NCBI GenBank assembly: GCA_041656495.1
Contig: JBBADJ010000001.1
Coordinates: 2,388-66,387, forward strand
Reading direction: 5' to 3'
Source: Candidatus Ratteibacteria bacterium
GTDB taxonomy: Bacteria > Ratteibacteria > UBA8468 > B48-G9 > DTJG01
DNA length: 64,000 bases
Both the position numbers and the translations under genes were made by a program. Below the pieces are notes generated by a model. The model did not search any database. It was not told the origin of the DNA and saw only the letters and a list, made by a program, of their open reading frames with translations. This document shows, piece by piece, positions 1-9,838 of this stretch (the first letter of the stretch is position 1; each line of letters starts with the position of its first letter).

Positions 1-1826
1 TAGGGGTCCCATCTTGTAAAATCAAGGAGAGGAAGGGCTCCTTCTTTTTTAGGAATAGTAATCAATTGCCCAGCAATATCATTCTTACTTGAGTCGGGAT
101 AGAATTCAAAAAAGGTCTGGCCGCTGTCATATAGAAGTCTATTGGATTTCTCCCATATATCCAGCCATTTATCCCTCTCAAGACCGTTGAATAGCAGACC
201 AATAACAGATTCTTCCCCGGAATGGAACCAAGAGATCTCTAAACTTTGACTCTGAGGAAACAAAACATCCCACACCTTTACAGTCATAACAATTTGGATA
301 TTATCTGCATTCACAGGAGATATATTTAAGAGTATGTTGTATTCTCCGGGAGCTACGCCAGAAGAGTCTATTCTCACCCAAAAAGCTTTATTACTCCCTC
401 CAGAGAGATTATTAATTACTTTAGAATATCTGATTTGCATATTCTCTTCTGTCCATTCTTCAATTCTTCCAGGAAAATTCGTCTCTATTATTTCGCAGGT
501 TATATCTCCTATATCTTTAAAACTTTCAATCCCTATTCTCGTCCATTCCTTCTCTTCTCTCCCTATATTTATTTCTATTGCAGATGTAGAGATCCTCTCC
601 TCCTCATCCTGAAATTGAGATACAAAATATCCTCTCTTTACATCTTCATTGGTCAATTTATAGGTTACTCTCTTCTCCTCAGAGATGGGAGCCGTTGGAT
701 GTCTATATCCAACTGTGGATAAATTGAAAAGCCCTTGCCATGACATCTCATATTCTGCTATTTTTACATTATCCGCATATATGCTTTGTGCAATAATAAA
801 AGGTCCTCGTTCAATGCCAGGAATTTGCAAAGGAATATTTACCTTTGAGATATCACCTTCCCTCATTACTGGTGGAATAATAGTTTTGATATCTGAGAGC
901 ACAACATTGCGCCTAAAATCCATCAAAGATGTATTTACGCTGATTTGTCGCGAAGCGGGCAATAGGGGCAATACGGTAAGATCTATACCAGAGCCATTGA
1001 GAGACATTCCTGTAATAAGATCAGATGAGGCATAAGATATCGTTTTAAAATCTTTAACAAGCGTCATCTGACCTTCAAACAACAGAGCTCCTCCCTTCTT
1101 AAAAAGACCCTTTGGAAACGCAAACTCCATTGTTGCAAGATTTCCTTTTCTGAAAAAATAGAGTTGTCCTACTTCTTTAAAAGAAAAAACTAATGCCCAT
1201 CCGCTCTCTCTATTGATAACCGCCTGCCACGGCTTAACAGTATAGTCAACCCATTTGCAACTCTCCTTTTCTTTAGTCCAAAAATCCGTCCAGCGTAAGT
1301 TTTGTATCCCCTCAGCGTCATTGAAAAGTATATAGTCCTTTGTAGACCAGCTTCCTCCGGGAACAACCATATTTCTTACCATCGCCTCATAGACAAACTC
1401 TTTACCAGATAAATTAAGCACCTTATAAGAGAATTTTAAAACAGGTGAATTTTTTGCAATCGTAAAGGTTTTAATCCACTCTATTCCCAGGGGGTCACGA
1501 TAAGAGAATCTTATATCTACTCTTGAAAGCCTTTTATATACCTTAGTGCCATAAACAGCCACCGTCCGCATATCTCTGTCATCAAAAAAACCGCCCTCCC
1601 ATTTCCCAGGAGACCACTCTACCCAATCCTTGCCTCCATTAGGTATGAAAGAGCGCAATCTACCACCTTTAGAGGTAAACTCTGCCACATAAAACCCATT
1701 GGATACAGTTACAATTTTAACTCCTTCAGATTGAGTCTCTTTTACTGAAAGCCGCTCCGCATATCCAACAGCAGAGAGAAAAAATATCAATAAAAAAGAT
1801 AGACCAACTCTAAAGTATTTCACCAT
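1..1826 (-). CDS. Secreted hypothetical protein; C-terminus cut off by the window edge
   Basis: Absent from the ORF track because it runs off the edge. The reverse-strand ATG at 1826 gives MVKYFRVGLSFLLIFFLSAVGYAERLSVKETQSEGVKIVTVSNGFYVAEFTSKGGRLRSF..., a signal-peptide-like N-terminus. The frame I hand-translated stays open down to nt 3 (...TRWDP). It starts 8 nt after the stop of the 1159-aa gene, so the two are probably co-transcribed. Confidence 0.55.
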   Translation of the reverse strand, partial: MVKYFRVGLSFLLIFFLSAVGYAERLSVKETQSEGVKIVTVSNGFYVAEFTSKGGRLRSFIPNGGKDWVEWSPGKWEGGFFDDRDMRTVAVYGTKVYKRLSRVDIRFSYRDPLGIEWIKTFTIAKNSPVLKFSYKVLNLSGKEFVYEAMVRNMVVPGGSWSTKDYILFNDAEGIQNLRWTDFWTKEKESCKWVDYTVKPWQAVINRESGWALVFSFKEVGQLYFFRKGNLATMEFAFPKGLFKKGGALLFEGQMTLVKDFKTISYASSDLITGMSLNGSGIDLTVLPLLPASRQISVNTSLMDFRRNVVLSDIKTIIPPVMREGDISKVNIPLQIPGIERGPFIIAQSIYADNVKIAEYEMSWQGLFNLSTVGYRHPTAPISEEKRVTYKLTNEDVKRGYFVSQFQDEEERISTSAIEINIGREEKEWTRIGIESFKDIGDITCEIIETNFPGRIEEWTEENMQIRYSKVINNLSGGSNKAFWVRIDSSGVAPGEYNILLNISPVNADNIQIVMTVKVWDVLFPQSQSLEISWFHSGEESVIGLLFNGLERDKWLDIWEKSNRLLYDSGQTFFEFYPDSSKNDIAGQLITIPKKEGALPLLDFTRWDP

Positions 1827-1834
1827 ATAGCCAC

Positions 1835-4800
1835 CTATATCCCTTTTTCCGCAAAGACCTCTTTTAAGTAATAGGCAATCTTTTTTCTAATCTTATTCAA
1901 AGCACCGGAATCGCTCTCCAACTCTCTCAGTTTTTCCCTTCTGTTTCCAAGAGGAATCTCTTCTTTTATCTCTTCAAGAATTGCTAATCCTTTTTTCTTT
2001 AAATTGCCATCTTTCAACTTAACAAGAACCTCTTCAAGGAGTGTTATATACTTTAAATCATTAATTCCTTGCCGAACTCCTTCCCACATAATCGTTGGAA
2101 CAACTTCTCCTGCTGGACCACATTCAACAAAACCGCACTCTCTCGTATAACTGTCCAAAGAAAAAAACTGATTGCCATAAGGCCACGCATAAACCCAGTA
2201 ATACATAGCTTCAGCGCCTGTGCGCCAAAAAAAGAAACCATTTGTATATCTTGGCTGAAGAGCTGAATTTGGAAGCTCTGTATAACCTATGTGCCCTCCA
2301 TAAAAGAAGAACCGAGTTCCTTTTACAATCTCCTCTATATCCGAACCATCAATATCAGCATGATAACAACGGACATTTAGCCATTTATCAATCTCAGGAT
2401 CATGCCTTCTTGCATAATTTACTCTGTCAGGCAAAGTTGTTGCATAAATTTGCGGGGCTTGAGGAACACGACGCGCCAATTTACTCACATAACTTACGGT
2501 CTCTATAAGTTGTTTTTGAGAAGGCTCATCAAATACATAAAGGAGATACTCTGGCCAATCATTTTTATTTATCTCTTCTACAAGCAACTCTATCACTCTA
2601 AGATAATGCTTTTCAAACTCGGGGGTTCCTATCTTGAACCCCAATTTTTCAATAACTTTCGCATCTCCTATATCATTGGGAATTGGACCGGTAATCCCAT
2701 ATCTCTTTCTCATCTCCATAATCATTCTTGTCTTAGAAAAATCTACCTTCAATTCTCCAGCTTCAATGGAAAAAAGTGCCTTATCTTCGTATGCTGTGGT
2801 TGCATTGACTCCATGTTCTGCCATATCCGAAAACTGTATCTCCCATCCTTCCTTGTCATTAAGTATCCAATTGTCATGATGCCAATACATCCCAACAGAA
2901 CGGTCCTTAAGCGGATTAAGCTTGAAAGGGAGGATTTCAAGAGAGACAGGAATACTATCTAAAATTGTATTCTCTGCCTTTATATTTATAGAGCCATAGT
3001 AAAGACCTGGTAAAGCTGTATCAGGAACCTTTATAATAATCCAATAGGTCTTAGTAAAATTTGCAGGAAGAGAGATAGATTCTGCAACAGGGAATAAAAA
3101 TTTTGGCAGAATACTATAGTAATTGGATGGCTCTATTGTAAGACTTGTCTTTTGATACGAGACTTCATAGAGAGTACATTCAAATCCTGAAACACTTTTG
3201 GCATCTCTTTCAAAACCGCTAAACTGTAGGTGAATATCTTTCAATTCTTTATGGGTTCTGATAGAGAAAGCAAAGGGCTCAAACTCTCCTAAAGCAGTAA
3301 ATGAATCTATCTTCTCCTCTTCCTTGAAACCTAAAGGGAGAGTGTAAGGGACGATATATCTATCCCACGGATGGCAAAAGAAGGTAAACCCCTTCGCTAT
3401 ATCTGTATCTTTCGGTTCCCAGTTGGGTGACGATACCAGGGTTTTCTCCAAACCAGGCCATCTCACCTCTATACCATAAGGAAGATAATATTCTTCAATC
3501 AAACGAAAGATTTCAGGATCAGGGGCAGGAGAATTGTTAGGGGCAGGATATATAATAAGTGCATTCATAACCATATAACCTTCTGGAAATGAAATAGTTA
3601 GTTCCTCTTTCTCTGCAACAAATTCCACTTCTCTGTGAATGATGCCCACCTTGCCTATAATAGAATCGGTTCGTGTCCATAGTCCAGGAATTCGGAATTG
3701 TTTTTCATCAAACTGCATCATAAAACTCTTTCTTCGGCTCCAATCGTCTGGCCCACCAGATATTATAAAAAAAGCCCTGTATCTTCCTGGTTCTATCTTC
3801 AGACGCAACTCCAATGTCTTATGAGTATCAAAATTTGCAGTTACATAATCTCTCCGCAAAAGATCATTGATAGCGGAATCTTCTACTCCCTTTAATACTT
3901 TATGAGGATCCACCCACCCAAGAGATGAATCTTTTTTATATATCGTTTCAGGAGTAACACGGATAAAACCACCCTCGCTCCAAACAGGTGAAGTAGCTGT
4001 CCCAAAATCAATGGCTATACTCCCTTTAGGAAGCAAGAAATTTTCTGGAAGACGAGAGACACCTGCGCCTCGTATAGAGATAATTTCATCCCGTGAGACA
4101 GGTTTGTTTGTCTGTGGATCTATTAACTTTACACCTTTGCCCCTTATTTTTACTGCATCTATAGTCGTTATTCCCCAATTATCTACCTGTTGAATTCTTA
4201 AAGTATGTGTAGCTAAAGTACTGACTGCCCTTTTAATAAGTATCTGTTTAAGACGATTGTCTTTGCTCCCATACTGCCCCCTGGGAAATTCTACTTTTTG
4301 GATTATTTCATTATCCAGAATAATATCAAACCGCCTCGTTTGTTCAGGTTCTTCATAATACCCTACCTCCACCTCAACAATCTTTGCATCAGGAGCCAAA
4401 GAAAAAGAGAACTCTATCGCCTCAGGATTTAGGGTACCTCCCTCCCACCGCTTATCCTTTGGAGAGGCAAGCCGAAAAGCGTCTTTATCTCCCATTAAAC
4501 CACTATCTATCCCTCCCTCATACTGCGCCCTCCCTTTCAGAATTCTTGGTATTGAAGGATTTTGAGCCCTTACAAACATTGAGATATCACTATTAACTAT
4601 TACTGATTCTTCTATAGTCGTAGAGAGAACCTCTCCTTTATTGGAAAGAAAGTTTTTTTCTTGCTCTTTTTTTTCTACTTCTTGTAAGGCAGGTTCTTTT
4701 ATATCAGAGATTTTTAGATGGATGCCCTTACCTCTTATCTTTATAGCGTCAATATGAGTTACACCCCATGAATCAAATTGGCGAATTTTTAGAATATGCA

Positions 4801-5314
4801 GGTTATCTCTTCTATCAATTTTTACCCTTAACCTTATCTGTTTCAATCTATTATCTTTACTCCCATACTGTCCCTTGGGGAGTTCTACCGTATGGATTAT
4901 TTCATTATCCAGAATAATATCAAACCGCCTTGTTTGCTCCACTGCCTCATAATACCCAACCTCTACCTCAATAATGTCCGCATCAGGAGCCAAAGAAAAA
5001 GAGAGCTCTATCGCCTCAGGATTTAAGGTACCTCCTCCCCACCGCTTATCCTTTGGAGAGGCGAGCTGAAAAGCAATGTCATCACCTACAAGGCCGCTGT
5101 CTACACCACCTATATATCTCTCCATTTTAATTACAGCGGGAATGGACGGGCTCTCGGATTTAATGAATTGAAGGGTTGCTCCGTTAACCAAAACAGATTC
5201 CTCAATAGAGAAGGTATCTACCTCTTGAACAACAGAGTACGCATCCATAAAGGCACAGCTAAAGAGAAAGAGGATAATATATAAAAGAATATTTTTTTTA
5301 CATAAAGAATTCAC
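1835..5314 (-). CDS. Large secreted glycan-active protein: signal peptide, two tandem ~165-aa repeat domains, C-terminal region resembling GH123/DUF4091-type glycosidases
   Basis: 1159-aa ORF with N-terminus MNSLCKKNILLYIILFLFSCAF. The repeats cover aa 37-200 and 234-397. The C-terminal part carries YVFDEPSQ (adjacent D-E pair) and WRTGAEAMYYWVYAWPYG. The family assignment is from memory of DUF4091/GH123 motifs and is unverified. Confidence 0.6.
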   Translation of the reverse strand: MNSLCKKNILLYIILFLFSCAFMDAYSVVQEVDTFSIEESVLVNGATLQFIKSESPSIPAVIKMERYIGGVDSGLVGDDIAFQLASPKDKRWGGGTLNPEAIELSFSLAPDADIIEVEVGYYEAVEQTRRFDIILDNEIIHTVELPKGQYGSKDNRLKQIRLRVKIDRRDNLHILKIRQFDSWGVTHIDAIKIRGKGIHLKISDIKEPALQEVEKKEQEKNFLSNKGEVLSTTIEESVIVNSDISMFVRAQNPSIPRILKGRAQYEGGIDSGLMGDKDAFRLASPKDKRWEGGTLNPEAIEFSFSLAPDAKIVEVEVGYYEEPEQTRRFDIILDNEIIQKVEFPRGQYGSKDNRLKQILIKRAVSTLATHTLRIQQVDNWGITTIDAVKIRGKGVKLIDPQTNKPVSRDEIISIRGAGVSRLPENFLLPKGSIAIDFGTATSPVWSEGGFIRVTPETIYKKDSSLGWVDPHKVLKGVEDSAINDLLRRDYVTANFDTHKTLELRLKIEPGRYRAFFIISGGPDDWSRRKSFMMQFDEKQFRIPGLWTRTDSIIGKVGIIHREVEFVAEKEELTISFPEGYMVMNALIIYPAPNNSPAPDPEIFRLIEEYYLPYGIEVRWPGLEKTLVSSPNWEPKDTDIAKGFTFFCHPWDRYIVPYTLPLGFKEEEKIDSFTALGEFEPFAFSIRTHKELKDIHLQFSGFERDAKSVSGFECTLYEVSYQKTSLTIEPSNYYSILPKFLFPVAESISLPANFTKTYWIIIKVPDTALPGLYYGSINIKAENTILDSIPVSLEILPFKLNPLKDRSVGMYWHHDNWILNDKEGWEIQFSDMAEHGVNATTAYEDKALFSIEAGELKVDFSKTRMIMEMRKRYGITGPIPNDIGDAKVIEKLGFKIGTPEFEKHYLRVIELLVEEINKNDWPEYLLYVFDEPSQKQLIETVSYVSKLARRVPQAPQIYATTLPDRVNYARRHDPEIDKWLNVRCYHADIDGSDIEEIVKGTRFFFYGGHIGYTELPNSALQPRYTNGFFFWRTGAEAMYYWVYAWPYGNQFFSLDSYTRECGFVECGPAGEVVPTIMWEGVRQGINDLKYITLLEEVLVKLKDGNLKKKGLAILEEIKEEIPLGNRREKLRELESDSGALNKIRKKIAYYLKEVFAEKGI
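4124..5206 (-). repeat. Intragenic tandem duplication: two copies of a ~165-aa domain with a period of ~590 nt
   Basis: Copy A is IEESVLVNGATLQ...AIKIRGKGIHLK and copy B is IEESVIVNSDISM...AVKIRGKGVKL. Long runs of identical nucleotides are visible, e.g. ggattatttcattatccagaataatatcaaaccgcc in both copies and catcaggagccaaagaaaaagag in both copies. Confidence 0.9.
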
Positions 5315-5380
5315 CTTACCTCCCTTTATAAATTAGAAGCAGATTAAAAACCTTTCATATATCTCTACGCCAAAAACGGT

Positions 5381-6133
5381 TCATTCAAGGATATAGCATA
5401 GATAGGCATAATAACTGGCAAACAACTCTTTCGCTTTACCCTTGCCAATAGCCTCTACATGCCCATCAAGAAAAAGCACATTTCCCACACCTGAATGCTG
5501 AAGGTCAAAATAGACATTGTTTCCTGAAACGTTATAAGGGTAAAGATAATACTGAGACCATCTCGTTCCATCAAAATAGGAAGTATCAAGAACTATCCAT
5601 GTCTTTGAGATAAGCTCACTGTGTTGCGCGGCGCCATAAGGATCCCCAACGCGTGAAAGTTTTACATGTCTAAACTTAGCATTAGCGTTATAGGGAGTAC
5701 TTCCCGCATACCAAAAGGGTGGAGCGCTTCTATAACCATACGCTCTGGTATCATATGCCCCTTTCTTTGAATGAGGCCAACGAGATGGACATCTAAGAAG
5801 TGAGATATCGCTAACATATTTATTGCCTATTAACAACTCTACCCATGTTGGCGAATTTGTTCCCACATGTCCTGGCATAAGTGGGCCGGTATTATTTCTT
5901 GAAGGGCTTCCAGCAGGAATAAAATCCTCATAATCATTAGCATACATTTGGAGTGCAAGTCCAATCTGTTTTAGGTTGCTCATACATACTGCCTGCCTAG
6001 CCTTCTCCCTTGCTTTGCTAAGAGCCGGAAGCAACATAGCCGCCAGTATTGCTATGATAGCTATAACAACAAGCAATTCTATGAGAGTGAAACCATTTCT
6101 TCTACTATCCAACGGCCTCTTAAAAGTAATCAT
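5381..6133 (-). CDS. Type II/IV pilin-like (pseudopilin) protein with a prepilin N-terminal methylation motif and a DUF1559-type H-X9-DG C-terminus
   Basis: [48 protein letters not shown] at the N-terminus; [15 protein letters not shown] near the C-terminus. Confidence 0.9.
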   Translation of the reverse strand: MITFKRPLDSRRNGFTLIELLVVIAIIAILAAMLLPALSKAREKARQAVCMSNLKQIGLALQMYANDYEDFIPAGSPSRNNTGPLMPGHVGTNSPTWVELLIGNKYVSDISLLRCPSRWPHSKKGAYDTRAYGYRSAPPFWYAGSTPYNANAKFRHVKLSRVGDPYGAAQHSELISKTWIVLDTSYFDGTRWSQYYLYPYNVSGNNVYFDLQHSGVGNVLFLDGHVEAIGKGKAKELFASYYAYLCYILE

Positions 6134-6155
6134 TCTCCTCTCCTTTTTTTAAGTA

Positions 6156-7199
6156 CTACATTGTATTTTTATTTTTTTTAATTCTGCAGTGAAAGCCACA
6201 CGATTCCCTAATAACAAGTTGCGGTTGAACAATAACACTCTCAAAAGGGGAGTTATCTCCCCTCTCTATCCCGCTTAATATCACCCGTACCAATTCTTTT
6301 GCAACTCTCTCCCTCGGCTCCCATATTGTTGTAAGTGGCGGATTAGAAAAAGTACCGTCTTTAATATTATCAAAACCTGCAACAGCAATATCTTCAGGTA
6401 CCCTCAACCCTGATTCATTTATTGCGCGCATTGCTCCAATAGCAAAAACATCGTTTCTTGCAAGAATTGCTGTAGGCCTGCTCGTCCTCTTCAGAGATAA
6501 AATTTTCTTCATACAGCCATAGCCCTGTTGAAAAAAATTCTCATACTGCTCATCTGAAATAAAAGGGATAGCCCATCTATCATCATATATACAACTGTGT
6601 TTCAAAAGAGTATCTGTGTATCCGGCAAATCTTGATTCCTTCACATCCTTTAATCCTAAAAACCCTATCTTCTTATGTCCGCATCTTATTAAATGTTCCG
6701 TCACCTTACAGCTACTCTTGTATATATCGCCGGATACATAATTATCTGAGATTAAAGGTTTGTTATAGAATACTGTATTAATATTCTCTTTTTTTGCTTT
6801 TAATATTCCTTCCTCTCCTATCTCTGATACAAAAATTATTCCATCCACACCTCTGTTAAGCAGAAAGTCAATTGCTTCGCATTGTCCGTTGGTTTCACCC
6901 ATAAGAAAGAATAATCCGGCATAATTCTTTTTATGAAGGAAAAAATATATTTGATTGGCAAGCTCAGCATAAAATGGTTCTGTAAAAGATGGAAGAACAA
7001 GACCAACCGAAAAAGTTTTTTTGAAGATCAGAGTTCTTGCTGAAACATTGGGTCTGTAATTTAAACTTTCAGCTAATTGTTTAATCCTATCCCGCGTCTC
7101 TTTTTTTATCTTCTTTGAATCTCTCAGTGCAAGTGAAACAGTGGCTCTTGAGACATTTAATATTCGCGCTATCTCTTTTTGCGTTATTGTCTGTGACAT
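6156..7199 (-). CDS. LacI-family transcriptional regulator
   Basis: N-terminal HTH ITQKEIARILNVSRATVSLALRD followed by a periplasmic-binding-protein-like sugar-binding fold. GGAGG RBS upstream. Confidence 0.92.
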   Translation of the reverse strand: MSQTITQKEIARILNVSRATVSLALRDSKKIKKETRDRIKQLAESLNYRPNVSARTLIFKKTFSVGLVLPSFTEPFYAELANQIYFFLHKKNYAGLFFLMGETNGQCEAIDFLLNRGVDGIIFVSEIGEEGILKAKKENINTVFYNKPLISDNYVSGDIYKSSCKVTEHLIRCGHKKIGFLGLKDVKESRFAGYTDTLLKHSCIYDDRWAIPFISDEQYENFFQQGYGCMKKILSLKRTSRPTAILARNDVFAIGAMRAINESGLRVPEDIAVAGFDNIKDGTFSNPPLTTIWEPRERVAKELVRVILSGIERGDNSPFESVIVQPQLVIRESCGFHCRIKKNKNTM

Positions 7200-7232
7200 T
7201 TTTACCTCCTATCTCTTCACACTCTTCGCATT

Positions 7233-7252
7233 TTTACCCGATTTAATTTATT
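7233..7252 (+). promoter_or_regulatory. Candidate LacI operator, site 2 (tttacccgatttaatttatt)
   Basis: Matches 18/20 with the site at 9363-9382. Lies 34-53 nt upstream of the lacI-family start, next to a TATAAA -10-like hexamer on the minus strand. Confidence 0.5.
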
Positions 7253-7290
7253 TATATTACCGTCTTAAAATTTGTCATCATATTTAATTC

Positions 7291-7310
7291 AAAAAATTAA
7301 ACCGATTAAA
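7291..7310 (-). promoter_or_regulatory. Candidate LacI operator, site 3 (reverse strand tttaatcggtttaatttttt)
   Basis: Matches 17/20 with the 9363-9382 site. Inverted relative to site 2, with about 38 nt between the two sites. Confidence 0.45.
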
Positions 7311-7422
7311 CTTATTTATAGCCCCATATATTTTTTACTTCTACAGGCCATCAATTCTTTCATATATCCTATCTTATCTAATTCTAAAAAAACGCCTTCT
7401 CCTATTAAGATAAAAGATTTAA

Positions 7423-9297
7423 CTAAAGAATGCTTGACCCTGTGGCAACAACTTTATATCTCCTCCGCTCATCCATAACAAACTTACTCTCCTCTTCTAA
7501 TTCAGGGATAGAGCAGATACGTCCTTCAACATATTCTCCTAAACGCAAGTCAAGCTCTTTAAAACGCTCTTTTTGACCTGCAAGCCGTATTTGAATTACC
7601 TCAAGACCAAAAGGTTTGTGCTTAAGATGCCACTCTGATCTGAAAGAGAGAAGAAGCTGGTCAAGCAACTCAATAATGTTGGGGATTAAAGCCCTTGTCT
7701 TCTCCATACCTGTAATATCTTTTTTGAGATAGGCCTCATCAATAAGAAGCTTCAAGGTTATCTTCTCCTCCAATAACTCTAACAATATCAGGGCATGTTT
7801 AATATTCCCCATAGTATCGGAAGCATGTGATTGAAGTTCTATCTTCGCCTCAGAATATTTTTGTAACACTTTCTTCCAAATGGAAGAATCTTCAAACTTC
7901 CAAGTTTTCCAGTAGATACCGAGAAGCGGGTCATCCCATAAAAGCATAGCCGCATTTATGTCAACATTATCTGTTTGCACAGGAATTTTCAGGTTTATAT
8001 CAGAGAGAACCGATGCTTTCACCTGTGCTAAATAACTGCCATTAAATAGGGCTTTAAAACGCTTTTCAAGCAACTCTTTTTCCGGTCTTTCACCTTTGTA
8101 AACCTTCTCAGCAGCAAAACATAAACCCGCAAAAGCAGAATCAAAACTACAATATGCTCCGTCATCTCCCCATAAAGTGAAGAATATCTCATCTATGCCA
8201 TCTTCAATACATGAATCAACACAAGGTAAAACAGTATTCTCAGTTTTTTTCTTGTCATACCATAACGAGGACCATGTCCATATTCCCGAAGCCATGATTG
8301 GATTAAACCCAAGCTCTCTATGGCGCTTTATCCATTCCTTATAAAACTCTTTATCCGTATGGTAATAATCCCAATAAACAAGTTGGACATCCTTAGGGAT
8401 ATTATCTTTGACTTTTGCAGGTATCTTTGAATCTTTATCATAATACATGCCGGTCTTACTCCCCATTCTAAAGAACATATCTGACCAAATCATTGGTTCA
8501 AGACCATACTTTTCACAAAGAGATTTCACTCTCTGCAAATGTTCGCAAAAAATATCAAAACTACACTTATAACCATTCAAATCCATATACTTGCCTCTAC
8601 CCAAATCATGCGCTTCATCCATACCTATATGGATCCTTCTGCTACTGAAAGAAGTGGAAAAGAATTGAAGCATCTTTTCAATCAATTGATATGTCTTTTC
8701 CTCATTAACAAGAAGAACAGAGGAGGTATCATTGATATTAGAGTAAAAAGGCCATTGCAATAGAGAACTAAGATGGCCAAGAGTTTGTATGCACCCCATC
8801 ATTTCAATCCCAAGCATAGATGCGTAAGAATCAAATTCCTTCATCTCTTCTTCAGAATATCGTCCTCGCAGATAACCGAAATAATCCTCTTCAGGAAGGG
8901 TATATGTATCTTCCGTATAAAGCATGGCAAGGTTGTATCCTAAAAGAGCAAGGCGCCTTAACCACCTTTTAAAATGCTCCTTCTTTATAACTGCATTTCT
9001 TGATACATCCAACATGATTCCTATCTTTTTAAATTGAGCTTCTTCAGATACCACACAATCCTTCTCTATCCCCTCTGAAAGAAGTATTCCTAATCCTCTT
9101 GCGGCGGTTGTAATTGAATCATAAGAAATAGAGACTCTCTTGTTTTGAACCTTAAGATTCATACCACCTTCATTTTTTAGAAACTCAAGATTGAAATCTG
9201 TATCTGATTTGCAAATCCCATATTCCTCACCAATTATCTCAAGCATCGGATGCAACTCCGTAGGAGCTGATGCCTTGCTCCACACTATCTTTGCCAT
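7423..9297 (-). CDS. GH20-family beta-N-acetylhexosaminidase-like glycosidase, cytoplasmic (no signal peptide)
   Basis: IGIMLDVSRNAV (TIM-barrel start) and RRIHIGMDEAHDLG (H-x-G-x-D-E catalytic motif of GH20). Confidence 0.8.
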   Translation of the reverse strand: MAKIVWSKASAPTELHPMLEIIGEEYGICKSDTDFNLEFLKNEGGMNLKVQNKRVSISYDSITTAARGLGILLSEGIEKDCVVSEEAQFKKIGIMLDVSRNAVIKKEHFKRWLRRLALLGYNLAMLYTEDTYTLPEEDYFGYLRGRYSEEEMKEFDSYASMLGIEMMGCIQTLGHLSSLLQWPFYSNINDTSSVLLVNEEKTYQLIEKMLQFFSTSFSSRRIHIGMDEAHDLGRGKYMDLNGYKCSFDIFCEHLQRVKSLCEKYGLEPMIWSDMFFRMGSKTGMYYDKDSKIPAKVKDNIPKDVQLVYWDYYHTDKEFYKEWIKRHRELGFNPIMASGIWTWSSLWYDKKKTENTVLPCVDSCIEDGIDEIFFTLWGDDGAYCSFDSAFAGLCFAAEKVYKGERPEKELLEKRFKALFNGSYLAQVKASVLSDINLKIPVQTDNVDINAAMLLWDDPLLGIYWKTWKFEDSSIWKKVLQKYSEAKIELQSHASDTMGNIKHALILLELLEEKITLKLLIDEAYLKKDITGMEKTRALIPNIIELLDQLLLSFRSEWHLKHKPFGLEVIQIRLAGQKERFKELDLRLGEYVEGRICSIPELEEESKFVMDERRRYKVVATGSSIL

Positions 9298-9362
9298 GTA
9301 AGATCTCCTCGTAATGTATTGATTGCAATATCACCTTTTACTCTACAAAATATTATTAAAAA

Positions 9363-9382
9363 TTTACGCGGTTTAATTTATT
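9363..9382 (+). promoter_or_regulatory. Candidate LacI operator, site 1 (tttacgcggtttaatttatt)
   Basis: Lies 66-85 nt upstream of the GH20 start. It is part of an imperfect dyad, aaatttacgcggtttaattt, with 14/20 self-complementary positions. Confidence 0.5.
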
Positions 9383-9787
9383 ATAAAACATATCTTTTAG
9401 ATGTCAAAAACATTGCAAATTTCATAATTCATTCGGTTGAATAAATATATATAAAAAAGTATTCAGGAGAGAGTTTATTCTATATCTCTGAATACAAAAT
9501 CATTTCAAAAATATAGCAATATATAAACTTATTCACAGGCCATTCCCAGCGCTATGCGGAAAATGAACGTCTTATTCAAGGAAAGAAGCGTTCCCTGCCG
9601 AAAGAAGGAAATGAAAGATACCTTTGAAGCATATACGGTCTATATTTATAGTAATGTAAAGCTCCTTCCAACGCCTCTTAAACCGATTACTTCCGCGGCC
9701 CGCGAGTACGCACAGGGAGCTATAAAGTTAAAAAAGGTTATCGCAGAAGGAATGATTTCTCACGAATGAAGCGCAGAATGTATTTAG

Positions 9788-9796
9788 TGATATAAT
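9788..9796 (+). promoter_or_regulatory. Extended -10 promoter element (TGaTATAAT) upstream of the 770-aa fusion gene
   Basis: agTGaTATAAT sits 43 nt upstream of the ATG at 9839. No convincing -35. Confidence 0.45.
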
Positions 9797-9838
9797 AGGG
9801 AAATTTCTTTACACCCTAACCACAGGGGGGTCTCTCTG

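Noticed and set aside
334-1035. Three plus-strand ORFs (92-116 aa) at the window start
   Set aside because: They lie opposite a continuous minus-strand frame that starts with a good signal peptide at 1826 and runs off the edge. Their sequences are low-complexity.
2402-2962. 186-aa plus-strand ORF and neighbouring plus-strand ORFs between 2069 and 4596
   Set aside because: They are antisense to the 1159-aa secreted-protein gene and encode Cys/Ile/Leu-rich nonsense-like sequence.
9554-9769. 71-aa ORF in the long intergenic region upstream of the 770-aa gene
   Set aside because: No RBS precedes the ATG and no motif is recognisable. It overlaps the region where the promoter of the downstream gene must lie. 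It cannot be excluded, but I cannot support it.
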